Positions 11,001 through 26,000 of a DNA stretch of 64,000 nt are shown here, in pieces. The stretch's first letter is position 1. Every line of letters starts with the position of its first letter. Where the stretch lies: NCBI GenBank assembly GCA_944372335.1, contig CALVYQ010000002.1:90409-154408 (forward strand), written 5' to 3'. The DNA is from an uncultured Clostridia bacterium. GTDB lineage: Bacteria; Bacillota; Clostridia; Christensenellales; UBA1242. A program made the position numbers and the translations under genes. The notes beneath the pieces were generated by a model, which was given only the letters and a program-made list of their open reading frames with translations, was not told the origin of the DNA and searched no databases.

Positions 11001-14000
11001 TCCTTTGAATACAATTTTGAATCAACAACTGTTTTAAGTGCTAATGTTTCGCGCGAAGGCTATACCTTTGCAGGCTGGAAGCCAACCGAAGACGTGGGAC
11101 TACTTTCAACCGGCGAATATTCTTGGGATATGGACACGGTATATCAAGCAAACACAAGCGTTCAAGGCAAATATGGCCATGTAACTCTTGTAGCACAATG
11201 GACAAATAATACTTACACCGTTACTTTCGACGGAAACCATGCAACAAGCGGAGAAATGGATCCACAAGCATTTACCTATGATGTTACACAAGCACTTTCA
11301 TTAAATACTTTTAAACGAAACGGCTACACCTTCCTTGGCTGGTCAAGAGAAAGTGGTGCCAGCACTCCTACATACACTGACGGACAAGAAGTTGAAAATC
11401 TATCAAGCTCAGTGAATGGCAGTGTAACCCTATATGCTGTTTGGAAGGCTAATGTATATGCCGTAACTCTTGACACAAACTATTCGTCACTCATTAATAA
11501 TGGTGGCAGTCCAACATTATCTACACCTACAACAGTTTATGTGGTGTATGATTCAAATGTTATCTACTCATCGAGAACAGGCTCAACGCAAAGCGATTAC
11601 GCAGTATCCGACGTGGTAACTCCTGTGGTATCTAATCTTACAGGCTACACCTTTAGAGGCTGGGCTCTTGATGGGCAATTAATCACGAATAACCTCGGAA
11701 GTCTAACCGCAGTATGGAATAGATATGACGCTTCGTCATATACTTTGACTGCGCAATATGACCCGATTGAATATAATTTAACAATCAACTTTGCCGATTT
11801 TGCAGGCATCACTGCTCTTGGCGCAATGAACTCAACAAGCTTGACAGTGACAAGAAGTGATGATGAGGCTTACTCACAAACTCTAACCTATGGCAACAGC
11901 GTTGTTATAACAAAAGACTTTGATGATGAAGCTGTTGAAATCACTTTGACTAGAACAGGCACAGAAAACTATTATCTTGCTCTTGGCAGTGTTCCAACCT
12001 CTGGGGCAAGCAGAAACAGCATAACCATCAATTGGACACCAAACATTAACGATAGCGAAAATGTTGTGGTCAGAGAAATATATGATATCACTCTCAGCGT
12101 AAACGGCTCGACAAGTGTTGAAGAGAAAATTCATGACCAAAACGAAGTCTTTGAGGTAACTCCTCCAACTGGTTACGATTTCACAGGTTGGGTAATCTCT
12201 GAGACAGGCCCTGACACAGACGGAGATGTTCTTGCAGAGGGCGAGCCATTCACTTTGAACTGTGACGCAACTTTGACCGCTCAATTCGTTCCTATCGAAT
12301 ATGATATCACATATACCTTTGATGAAAGCATCTACACTGAGGTGCAATATAACGGCGAAACCCTCGCTCAAAGCTCAGTGACAATCGAGGGTGCTTACAC
12401 AATTGAAGACGATTTGGCTCTTCTTGGAAACGAAACTTTCACACGCTATGGCTACACAATCACAGAGTGGGATTTTGTCAGCGGAACAAATCAAAGCTAC
12501 GGCTGGCAATCAACTGAGTTCGTGCTTTCAGAAGAAAGCTTCGGCACAGGCTTCTTTGGTGATGTTGTCTTAAAGGCAGTGTTTAACACCGTTTCTTATA
12601 CAATAACCTATCAGGCAAATGGCGGAAACTTTACAGGCGATAGCTCTGATAATTATACCATTGAAAGTGGAGCGACTCTCTTTGGTGATGCTGATATTGT
12701 AAGAGAAGGGCACACACTTGTTGGCTGGAATTATCAGTCTGACGGAAGTGATACAGAAAACAATTGGAGCGTAAATAACGGCACAACTGTTGACTATCAA
12801 AAGGGTGCAACAGTGACCGGCAGATACGGCAATGTTACTCTCGTTGCTGAGTGGAGTGCAAACACCTACACTATCACCTACGATGCAAATCAAGGTAGAT
12901 TTAACACCGAAAACGATTCAACTCAAGAATATACCTATCCAAATACCATCACCTTAAGAAATGGCACAAACGTCATTCGTGATGGCTATGCTCTTGTTGG
13001 CTACACAATTTTGAACGATGAGGGCAATTGGGAAGAAAACTATCCTGACGGCATCAGCTTTGCTCAAGATGCAAGCTTCACAACAATAGCAAATCTCTAT
13101 GGAGATGTCACTCTTAGAGCGGTATGGCAACCATTAAAGACTAACTATGATGTTATCGTCTATATCCAAACAGCAGAGGGCGACAGCTATACAGAGCTTG
13201 GCAGATACTCTGACGGACAGACTTACAATGCTGGCGAAACTGTAAATATTGAAGCTGTCAAGAATGCAATTGCTGGTGGTAGAGTAAATGTAAACGGCTT
13301 TGAATATCGCACAGAAAATGGCTACACCACAAACTATGATAACGCTTTGACTGTTGTTGGTGACGGCTCACTTGATATATCGATTTACTATAACTATGTT
13401 GTCTATACGGCAACTATAAACGCAGGCGAAGGTGGCTCTTTCGCAAATGGCGGAGCTAACACCGCAACCATGTATTACAATGTTTACGGACGAGTTGAAT
13501 ATGCAAATCAAGTTGTGACAAATCAGTATGAGGGCTTCACTCTTCCAACTACAAGCGAAATTGTAAGAACCGGACACACTTTAACCGGCTTCACTCCATC
13601 AACCACAGAGGATATAACCGGAAGCTCCAAGTGGTTCGCTTCAAGCACACAATTAAATCCTGGCACAGTGATCTCCTCCGATGCTGACCTTGCTGATAAC
13701 AGTGGCAGATTGTTCGGCAATATCACCTTAACTGCTAATTGGCAAGTTAACACCTACACAATTCAATATAACCAAAACTATGGCACAGGTAACGCTGGTG
13801 TCAAAGGCCTTAACTATGCTATCCGTGCAGAAGATTGGAACACCACTCAAAACGGCGTGACCATTAACTATGATGCCGACACAAATGTCTTCACTTTGGA
13901 CGGAGAATCAGGAGCAGATGGCTTAACTCTTTTAACCTATGATGGAACATTCTCAGCAGGAACTTATGTCGTTGGTTATTATGTTTCTAGCGGTTCATTT

Positions 14001-17000
14001 ATAGCTGAATCAAACACTAACCTCTATTTCAGATTTAGATTTGATAGTGGTGAAACTAGCAATGTAACAGGAAACACAAGCTATGGTTCTACAACTATAA
14101 CCTTAGATAAAGAAAGAACTACTACATTTAGAGTAAATATTTCAACAATGGTGTACAATTTCTTTAATCTTAAAATTTCCTTCTTTGCTTATAGACAAGA
14201 TGAAGTTGTTTTGGAGCAACAGGTAACCTATGGGCTGGCACAACCTCTTCCTTATGCTGAAAGAACAGGCTATCACTTTGTCGGCTGGAATACCGAGCGT
14301 GACGGAAGTGGTACATACTATAGTTATGAAAATATCGACACTATAACAAGCAATGATATTCTCTATGCTCAATGGGAAGTTAATAACTATGTTGTCAATT
14401 TTGATGCAGATAATATCATTTATTATCCATATCATCTACAAACTCTTAATACCACCGATGGCGATATAGAAATAAGCTTAGTTGGTAATGAGATGGTTAC
14501 TTCCTATACCTTTACTGAGGTTGGAACTGGACTTAATTTGAGAGGTCCTGCACTTGAAGAAGGTGAAGAATATGTTTGGTCAGTGGATTTTAGGTCAACT
14601 CACGCACATAATCTATACGCAATAGGTCATGAGCAGGGTGGAAACATCTCCTACAAAATCACAGAGACAAATGAATGGGTGACCGTTACAAATAAATTTA
14701 CTGCTAACGATGGATCGGTCGGCTTCACATTCTACTCCAACTCTTGGACTGTCGGTGAAGTGTTCGAGTTTAAGAATGTTTCTGTTCAAAAGGTAAGTGA
14801 TATCGAAGCTGATCATGCTATCGGAAATAGAACGGTGAGATACAACGAACTCTATGGCACTCTTCCAACTCCAACAAAGACAGGTTACACTTTCAACGGT
14901 TGGTATTTGAATGGTGAACGCATAACCTCGACTTCCACCGTGACAACAGCTTCTAACCACACCTTAACGTCGCAGTGGACGGCAAACACCTACTATGTTC
15001 GCTTCAATCCAAACGGTGCAACAAGCGGAACAATGGCAAATCAACAATTTACCTATGATGCAGAGCCTACTGCACTTAGCTTAAATACCTATAAACGCCC
15101 TGGCTACATCTTCCGTGGCTGGGCGACAGCGGAAACTTTGAACGCTGAAACTTATGAAGAGAGAGTGGAATATCCGGACGAAGCAGAAGTTCAAAACTTA
15201 ACTGCAGTTCCTAACGGAATAGTTGACCTTTACGCTGTTTGGGAGCCAAGAACGGTTACTGTAACTTTTGACCTTAACGATGTAACAAACAGCAACGGCT
15301 CAACAGAAGCTACCTTCACTATTGACGCTCTCAACTCAAACGGCGGAGAGATGTTCGTTAAATTCTCAGAGAAATTCTCCGAGCTATATATCACTGATGA
15401 AAACTCTATCATCGGTATGCCTGAGGCTAGACGTGACGGCTACGAATTTATAGGCTGGTTCACAGATAGAACTGCAGGCTCAGAAGTGACAGAAAGCACA
15501 GTGGCAGAGAGCATTGTTAACCCTGACACACTTGCTATCACTCTCTACGCTCGCTGGACAGCAAATCAATACACCGTGACCTATAACGGCAACGGCGGAA
15601 CGGTGAATGGTGACGGCTCAACCGAAACTATTTCTGGAGCAGGAGCTACCTTTGATGCAAATTACACTTATCGTCCAAATGATGGAACGAATGAAACTAA
15701 CTTTGTTAGAACCGGCTATACCTTTGCAGGTTGGTCACTCACACAAAACGGAGCAATAGCATACACCGCTGAACAACTTGGAACAGAGGGCTATGAAACT
15801 CCATTTATCCACACCTCTAACATCACGCTCTATGCGGTATGGACAGAACACACATACACACTTACATTTAACTCGAATGATGAAAATTATTCGGGAAGCA
15901 TTTCTACTGTCAAGAGTGGACTTAGCGAAAGCGTGGTGCTTAGATACACACAAAACTACGAACTTGTTGAAATCTTCGATAAAGAAGGCTATGAATTTGT
16001 TGGCTGGGCAACTGACCCTGACACCACAGAAGATGACTTTGACAGCGACGCTCCGGGAATCTCTGACGGTATGGTTACTGTCGGAGAAACAGTTTCAAGA
16101 TTGACTCCAAATGCGAATGGAACTTATGACCTCTATGCGGTATGGCGTAGCGAACCTGTTTCCTACACTGTCAACTATATGTATCAGACAGTGGCAGCAG
16201 CAAGGGCAGGAACAACAAACCTCTCAACTGACTTTACAAGATTTAGCTACACAACCACAGATGAATATGCGGGAACAGAAATCGTGGTATCCACTCTTGC
16301 AAACGCATTTATCTCGGATAATGCTGAACTTAAGGCAACTTTCTTACAATCAACTTCAACTTCAAATATTGATGAAGACTATGTTGTTGCCGGTGACGAA
16401 AGCTTGGTTATTAACATCTACTTCACACGTGGAACTTACAATGTGACCATCGTGAAAGAGGCAGGTATTGACACTGTAACCGTGCGTGGAAATAACAACA
16501 CCGTGATAAGCGGAAATGGCACCTATGCTGTATATTATGAGGAGAGCATCACTCTCTCTGCAACCACACTTCCGGGCTATATCAATCCTGTATTCACAGG
16601 AACAAGCGGAACAATCACATCTCCTGTTCAAATTTTAGCGGACAGCACCTTTACAGCAAGTGCAACAGCAGATATAGTTAACTTCACTGTGGAAATCTAT
16701 CAGGCTGATTTAGACGGAAGCTATGAAGATACAACCGAAAACACAAGAACACTATCTGGCACAACTGACACTGATGTAAGTTTGACAGCAGTAAGTTATG
16801 GCGTCAATGTCAACACCACAAACTTTGAATTTGACGGCTTTAGATATGACGCAAGCACAACACAGAGCGCAAACGCTGACCTTAACGTCAACGGCGACGA
16901 AAGCACAGTTATCAAAATTTACTTTGCAAGAAGAACATTCGACTTTGTCATCGCTGATTACAAAAATGTTGGCATAGAAAGCGTAACCATTGATTGCGAC

Positions 17001-20000
17001 TATGCAACAAATGGACATGAAAGTGAAAGTGATGTGGGTGATTATGTAAACTACACTTGGAGAATTGTCTATGGTGCAAGCATAAATGTTACCCTTGTTG
17101 AGGAAACAGGTTATGAATTTACTCGTTGGACAACTAGTGCAGAAATTGAGAACTTTAATACTAAAACAGCAAATCAAACAAATCTCATAATGCCTGCATA
17201 CCATGTCTCCATTCACCCATTCCTTGATCTTGAAACTTACACCTTAACAATCAATCCTAATGGTGGAACATATATTGATTCTTCTGAGAACATAACAATA
17301 ACTCAAGACTACCTTACAACCTACACACTTCAAACTCCAACTCGCCGTGGCTATACCTTTGACCATTGGACTTTAAGTGGCACAGGCACCGGCTCACTTG
17401 ATGGCAATATCTTCACCTTTGGCGTTGGTGACAACACTGTGACAGCCGAGTGGACGGAGAATACATACACTGTAACATTTAGTGATGTTTTCAATTCTTT
17501 TGAGGTTGTGATTGCAGGATATGACGGCACTGTTAAATCAAGAGAAACAATCACATCAACCGACAATGTTATAACTCTCAACTTTACAGATATCTTAATT
17601 ACAACAGATACAGGAGTTTCTTCAAATCCTGAAGGAGCAACCTTTACTGAAATTAAAGGAACAAATCCAACTAGAAAGGGATATGTATTTGGTAGAAATG
17701 ATTCAAATATTGATACAACTACAGGCGTTCATTATACATTAAAATATGAAGTTTATGGTATTGAAACTGGAGGATATAGGCTGGCTGAAGATAATGGTGA
17801 AACAGAATGGTTATATAATTCTTTTACCGGTATGCATACTCGCACATTCGCTTGGACAATGCTTGTTGATGAAGGTAATGTCACCATAAATATTGACTGG
17901 TCACCGGAAGTTTATGAAATCTCATTCAATGGCAATCAGAGTGATGGTTCAACAGATGTTACTGTTTCAAATAGCACAACTTATATTGAATATAACGGAA
18001 ATGCTTTCTATACAACAATTACAGATGAAACATATCCTATTACCGAAGTTACCGGCAGTGCAATCACTCCAACCGCTTCGAGAGACGGCTATGAGTTTGC
18101 TGGTTGGTGGACTTTGGCTGACGGCGGAGTGCAGGTGATTTCAGAGGCTGGAAGATTGCTTTCAAATGTTTCTGGCCATACTGACGCTGACGGTAGATGG
18201 ACAAGAACGGACGGCGTGACACTTTATGCTCATTGGACAGCAAATAGATATGAAATCGAACTCAATGTCAACACAGGAACGCTTGACGGAGATAGCATTA
18301 TTGACTCTTCCGTTTGGGCAGAATTTGACTCAACAAATCTTTATGTTGACCAAACATCTACAACAACTGTAAATCCTACCGCTTCTAAGGTCGGCTACAC
18401 CTTCAACGGCTGGAAAACAACTCAAAATGATTTAGGCACACTATTTATAAGTGCAGAGGGAGAACTTCTTGCTCCATATAGAGCACTTACTGGCGATGAG
18501 GTATTTGCATACTTCACAGTCAATGATTACGAAATCACGCTTAACCTAAATGCAGGCACTGACTCTTCCGCTGTGCTTGATACTGCCGGCGTACAGCTTA
18601 CCGATAACAAGGTATATATCACATTCGGCACAAAGAACATCTATAACTCTATGGATACTTCTTCAAGAGTTACAGTTGCTCCAAAGGCAACACGCACAGG
18701 CTACGACTTCATCGGCTGGGCAACAAGTGCAGACGCAACAGCTCTTAGCGAATGTGCTATCAACGCTAGTGGACAACTTATCAACAATTCCACATTCAGT
18801 GAAGCAGATACTCTATATGCAGTATGGAGAATAGGCACATTTGTTATCACCACAGATTTAACTGACGCAAAAATAATAGATTTCAGCATTACAGGTGATG
18901 CAACTGTGCAAGAAACTGAAAATACCTATCGTGTAAACTTCGGCACAGAAGTGAGAATTGCCTTCAATAATATGCCAGGCTACTCCTTCACAGGCTTTGT
19001 AACAACTCCAAACGTCTCTATCTCAACAAATGAGGGCGGATATGAGTTCACAATGCCAGCATATAGCTTTACACTTAAATTAAATTCAGACAACAACTTA
19101 ATCTTAGTTAACCTTGACGCTAATGACGACGCTGGTGCAACAAAGGCAGATGCTCTTACATATAACCATATATATATTGGCTATGAGTCAAGAGAAATCT
19201 ACGCTGAGCGTGGCGAAAATCGTTGGGAAAATGTTGGAGGAACAATCGCTCCAACAGCACGCCGTGACGGTTATAACTTCCTTGGTTGGTCAACAAATGC
19301 CAATGCTACAACAGCTGACGAGTGCCTCATTAACGCTAATGGTGCATTAAATTCTGACTTTACAAATGCCACAGTTGACGGAGCAATCACACTCCATGCA
19401 ATCTGGCAGAAGACTGATGTTGCATACTCTGTGGAATACTACCTACAAAATGTCAATGATGATCTATACACACAAGATACTTCAAGAACAACATCGGGAA
19501 CAGGTGCAGTTGATACAAATGTAACTCTCAGCACCTATCAAACAACTATCAAAGGCTTCACTTTTGGTAGATATGAAACAAACAACACAGATACCTCCTC
19601 ACTCAATATTCGTGGTGACGGACAACTTGTTGTTAGACTTTACTACACAAGACTCTCTTACACTTTGACAATCGTTAAGGATAATGGAGAGGCAAATGAT
19701 ACAGTAGATAGACGCTTTGAGGCTACCTATACTTTACCTACGCTCTCTAAGACAGGTTATACCTTTGACGAATGGACGGTTGAACTTGGCGAAGGTTCAG
19801 TAAGTGGAAATACCTTCACATTCGGTGCTACCGATGCCACTGTTAAGGCTAATTGGACAGCTAATGTCATTAAAGTTAACTTGCTTCCTGGCGAGGGTGA
19901 CAGTGTAAGCGTAAGCACAATCTATGCAAAATATGATAGCTCAACACTCTATTCTGATGAAAGTGGAAATACTCCACTCACCACTATGCCAACGGCTAGC

Positions 20001-23000
20001 TATGTGGGCTATGACTTTGACGGCTTCTATCTTGATGAAACCCCTGTAATCTCAAAAACAGGGCTTGTATCAACTTGGAAATATGCTGACGAAACAACAC
20101 TGACCGCACACTTCACTCCACATACCTACACAATCACCTATCAAGATAACTATGGAAAACCATCACTCTCAAGTGACGAATACACAATCTTAGACGAGAT
20201 TGAACTTGCTACTTCTGAGCGTGCTGGCTACACCTTCCTTGGTTGGAGAGTTTCGGCAGACGCAGGCTCTTGGACAGCAAATGAAGAGTTCCTTGTGGCA
20301 GAAGATGAAATGACAGTTTCTGCCGGCAGACACGGAGATGTTACACTAGTGGCTATGTGGCAAGAAACTCCATACACCATCACCTACAACACTGATGGTG
20401 GCGAACCTATCGAGGCTCTTCCTTATGATATCTTAGACACAATCACTCTTCCTCTTCCAGAGAAAGAAGGCTTCAACTTCCAAGGCTGGCAAGCAACTCT
20501 TTCTGGTGAGGGAAATTGGAGCACAACCGTTCCTTATCAAGCAAATGCTGAGCTTAATAATATGTATGGCAATGTCACCTTGACGGCTCTTTGGTCAGCA
20601 AGCACCGACACCGCATACACCATCAACATTTACTTACAAAATATCAACGCTTCTAACGAACCAAGTTACGGCGAGCCTGAAACTCCTATCGTGAGATACG
20701 GCACAACCAACGAGGCAATCACAATCACAGTTTCTGAGGACGGAAACTTTGTGACTGTAAATGGTATTGACTATAACTACTATAGTCAAGGCTTCCACTT
20801 TGACGATAGTAAGGCAAACACAATGAGTGCTACTATCGAAGCCGACGGAAGCACAGTACTTTACTTCTACTTTGCTAGAAACACTGTAACGCTAACAGTT
20901 AATGCTGGAACAGGCGTGACGGGCGTTGTGCCAAATGGAGCAACATCCACTGTATTTGGTGCTACACATGCAATTTCCGCTAGCTTAGCAAACGGCTATA
21001 CCTTCTCTCAATGGACGGTGGCTGGAACAACTCCAAGCAAATTTACATCCACAGAAATGAATCAATCTATTGTTATGGCAAATGGCAATGTAACTCTCAC
21101 TGCTGTTGCCACAACAGAGAACTTCACAATCACCTATGTTGACGGAGAAACTGAAGATAAAGTTCCGTATGTTGTAACCGAAGCTATCACTTTGAAAGTG
21201 GTTGAGCGTGCAGGTCACACCTTTATGGGTTGGCGTGTTCGTGAAAATGCCGGTGTCCTTGGAGATAAATATTCTTGGACAGCAGACGAACTTATCACCT
21301 CTGCAACCCTTACTGCAGGCAGATTTGGAGATGTTATTCTTGATGCAGAGTGGCAACCAAACACCGTTGCTGTGACACTATACGCTAATGACGAAATTGG
21401 AACGCAGGATAGTGCAACCACACTTCCAAATGGCGGAACAATCTATATCACCTATGGCACAACAAATATCTATGCTTCAAGAACAACAGTAGCAGGACAT
21501 ACAACATATCCTTATGAACCTGTTGGAAGCACAATCAATCCAACAATTTCAAGACGTGGATACAACTTCCTTGGTTGGTCAACAAATAGAAATGCAACTA
21601 AGGCTAGCGAATGCTTGATTGATGCAAGTGGTGTATTAAAGGCTAATTGGACAACAAGCGAAGTTGACGGTCAGACGCTCTATGCTATCTGGCAAGCAAA
21701 GGCTATCACTTTGACGCTTACAGGCGAAAACGCAACTATTGCTGACACGGAAGTTCATGTTTACTTTGACGGAACTGTCATCTATGCAGATAGAGCTTTA
21801 TCCACACCTCTTGCAAGCGTGACAGCATCGAAGTATGGCTACAACTTCACAGGCTTCACATACAACTCTCAAACGGTTATCACATCTCTTGGTGTAATCA
21901 ACAATGTTTGGAACTATTCAGACACAGATTGCACATTAACCGCACAGTTTACAAGAGAGCAATACACAATAACCTATGAATATATCGACTCTGAGGGTAC
22001 AACTCAAACCTCAACTCAAAACTACTACACTGATGACAACATCACCTTGATGACACCTACTCGCACAGGCTACACATTCACAAATTGGAAGGTTGCTGAA
22101 AATGTTGGTGATATGGGTGAAAAATTTGCATGGATAAAAGACGAAAAGATTAATTCTGGCTCATTCTCAACAGCAGGAAGATTTGGTGATGTTAGACTTG
22201 TTGCAGAATATAACAATAACTCTTACACACTTCGCTATAACTCAAATGTAACAGGACTTATCGGCGCTGAAAATGTTTCTGGACAAGTCGCAGATGATAC
22301 GGCTTATTGGGATACAAAAACCACAATCGCACAATATGACTACACGCTCGCTGGCTACCATATGATTGGCTGGAGCACAAGAGCAGACGGCGAAGGCACA
22401 ACCTACACAGCAGGACAGGAAGTTGTGCTTAACCTTACAGCAACCGCTGGTGGAGAAGCTACACTCTATGCTATGTGGCAGATAGATAGCTTCACTCTCA
22501 CACTTGAAATCGCTGACGATGCTAATAGTACGGCAGGTGTTGCAAGCGTAACTGTAACAGAAACGACCGGCGTAACGGCGAATGATGACGGCACTTACAC
22601 TGTTGTTTATGGCACACAGGTTACTCTCAATGTGACCTATAACAATGGTTATCAATTCCTTAGATGGGAAGGTGGCACAGTCACAGATAGCATTTTCACA
22701 ATGCCAGCACAAGAAACCACTTTAACAATTGTTGCTGGACCTATCGGCTATCAACTTAACTATCAAGGAAATGAGGGAACAATCAATGGTAGTGCGACCT
22801 ACCCTGTTCCTGTTAAATTTAATGAAAATGTAACACTTTTAACTGATGAAAAGGTGACTATTTCAAGACCTGGTTACACCTTCACTGGTTGGAACACGCA
22901 AGCAGACGGAAAAGGCACTCACTATGACGAAGGAGCAATATATCATTATGCAACAGTTGGAAGTGTCAGCCTATTTGCTGAATGGCAAGCAAATGAATAT

Positions 23001-26000
23001 ACTGTGACCTATTATGCAAACAATGGGGCCGAAACTGAACAAACATATCCTGACAGCATAAAGGCAGTGTTTGACACAGATTACACAGTTCTTGCTAACA
23101 GCGTGACTAACTTCTCAAAAACAGGTTATCACTTTGTTGGTTGGGCAACAAGACGCACATCAAGTGAGGCAGGTTATGTTCTCTATAATGAGGGAGATGA
23201 ATTTAGCTATACAACTCCTAACAATACCATTCTCTATGCTCAATGGACAGCTAATCAATATACAGTTTACTACAATGCAAACGCAAACAACAAATATCAC
23301 TACGGCGTGGCAGAAGGCTCAACTTCTCCAACAGTGACCTTCTATGACGATGAGTTCGTTGTGAGTGATTATGAATTTACGCTAACCGGTTACACACCGA
23401 CAATAGACGAGACCTACAGCCTTGCTTATTGGACGGAAAATCCTAACGGCTCTGGCACAAGATATTATGTTGGGCAAAGATACAGCAATCTTACAAGTGA
23501 CTATAACGGCAGTGAGACACTCTATGCTCAATGGACTCCTGAAACTTATGAAGTTACTGTGAAAGATAGTGATAAAAAGACACATCAAGAAGATAAGGTA
23601 TTTAATGTTGTTTATGCAACCATTAAGGGAGCAGACTTCTTCCCTGAATACATCAACTATCAAAAAGAGGGTTGGACCCTTAAAGGCTTCTATATTGCAG
23701 ACGCTGAGGGCAATGCCTCAACAACAATGCTTATTGACGACAAGGGCAACTTGGTTCAAACCGTAAACTACAATGACGATAAGATTGTTGAGCTTGGTAG
23801 ATGGGTATATCCAAACGACATCACAGTTATTGCGGTATATGATCCAAATCCATATACAGTTACATTCAATGTCAATGAAAGACCTGACTATAAGACAGAT
23901 GATGAACAGGCAAAACCATATATTCAAGGTCATGGAGCAAATGAGTCAGTTGATAAAACTGTTTACTATGACCATAGATATAACGGCGAATACACCAACA
24001 GCGTTTACTGGCCAAGACCTATCTATGAGGGCTTCCTCTTCTATGGCTGGTCAACAAGAAGTGATTACTATATGCTTGCAGCAGATCTATTCAATGAATA
24101 TACAAACAATAGATTTGCAGACAGCCTTACAGATTATACCTTTGCCTATGTTTTAGGAACAAATCCAGATCACCAAGGCGAAGCTGAACAAGAAGAAGTA
24201 GATTTCGTCTTTGTAAAAGTTTCAGCAGTGGCAGAAGGTTCTGATCCATACAGTGGCTGGGCTGATATCACAAATATAGATGACTTGCTATTCACACGTG
24301 AAAATGTCAAAGGCACAGATGATATTGTTGAAGGAACAGACACAGTTCAACTCACAGCTGACCAAGACCTTTATGCAATTTGGATTGGTAGAAATGATGT
24401 TCCTTACACTGTTTACTACTTACAAGAAGAAATCACACATAGAGATTTAGGTGAAGGGCATGAGATTGAAAAGACTGATGGCGCAGGCGGAAATATCACT
24501 ACTTATCCAAACGTTAATGAATTGTTTGTTACAGATGGCGAAGAGAGATTTGTCAACTATGACGGCAAGACTTATAGAGTTCAACAGGAAGTGCCTGATG
24601 TCAATGGTATCACGGCAGACGCTGTTTTGAACTATCTATCTACTCAGGAATATGCAGGATTTAAATATAGTGCTTACGAATTCGCAGGCGACCAGATTGA
24701 CGGTAATGGTAAAACAATCATCTTTGCTTTCTATGCGCGTCAGAGCTATCAAATCACTTTGAATTCTGAAAACGGCGTTCAAAGTATGTTAGCGACTGAA
24801 GGTAATGGCGTAACAAGAGTAGGCGAGACCAATGCTTACAATGTTATGTATGGCGCGGGGGTTACAATTTCCGCAACCGTAAAAGCTGGTTACAACTTTG
24901 GTATCGACAACGCTGACCTTGTAAAATGGTCACAGAGTGCAGTTGGTTCAACGGTTACTTTAACTGACAGCTACACTCCAACAAGCGGAAAACACACTGC
25001 AATTTCCTCGACCTTTACAATGACCGCAACAAATAGAATTGACTTCACAATTTCGGCTCATGCTAACACCGACACAAAATACACAATCAAATATTACTTT
25101 GAAAAGGTGGACGGCTCTGATTATGAGCAAGATTTAAAAAACCATAAAGATGAGGTTCTTTTTGGCACAACCGACACAAATATTGATTACAGCGAACAAC
25201 AAATCGAAATAAACGGCTTCTTGTTTGACCGCTATGGTTCAACATCTACCACAGATACAACAGAGGGCACATCTCTCAATATCGACGGCGATGGTTCAAG
25301 AGTGATTAAACTCTATTACGATAGACGTGACGATATCAAACTCACCTTGACAACAGATATTCAAGAAGCAATCAGTGACATCTACATCACAATCGGTGAC
25401 TCTAAACAAGAGGGAACATCAAATGTAAATGTGACCTATGGCACAAGCGTAACTGTTTCAGTCACTGTTAAAAATGGTTATAGCTTTAATGGCTTCACCT
25501 CCTCTTCCTCACAGGTAGCTTCTGTGGATAAGGACGGGGCGGTAAAATCGGGAACAACCTATTCCTATACTTTCAATATGCCTTATGAAGATGTGACAAT
25601 CACTGCGAATATGCTTAGAAACACAGACACATCATTCAATATTGTGTATATGTTCGAGAAATTAGACGCTGAGGACTTCACAGGTAGTGAGAGATATGAG
25701 GAGCTTGCTAAATATCCACAAACAACAGGCGAAGGCACAACCGATGCTCTAATTACAAGAGAACTTCTTGCAGGACAAGGCAAGATTATCTCAGAAGCAG
25801 GATATGTTTATGCAAGCATCGGCAGTTTAACAAATGAACCTGTATATATCTCAGGCGAAGGCAACAGCACAATCTATGTTTACTACACACGTGATACCTA
25901 CACCGTGACAATCAACTATCTATATAGTGAAGCATCTCTCAACGATGGAACAATAACAGATGCAGAAATTCACGAAAGAGTTAGACTTGGTGAAAGCGTT

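Noticed and set aside
9411-14192. Diversity-generating retroelement TR/VR pair
   Set aside because: Differences between the paralogous inserts are not adenine-specific, identity is low, and no reverse transcriptase is in the window.
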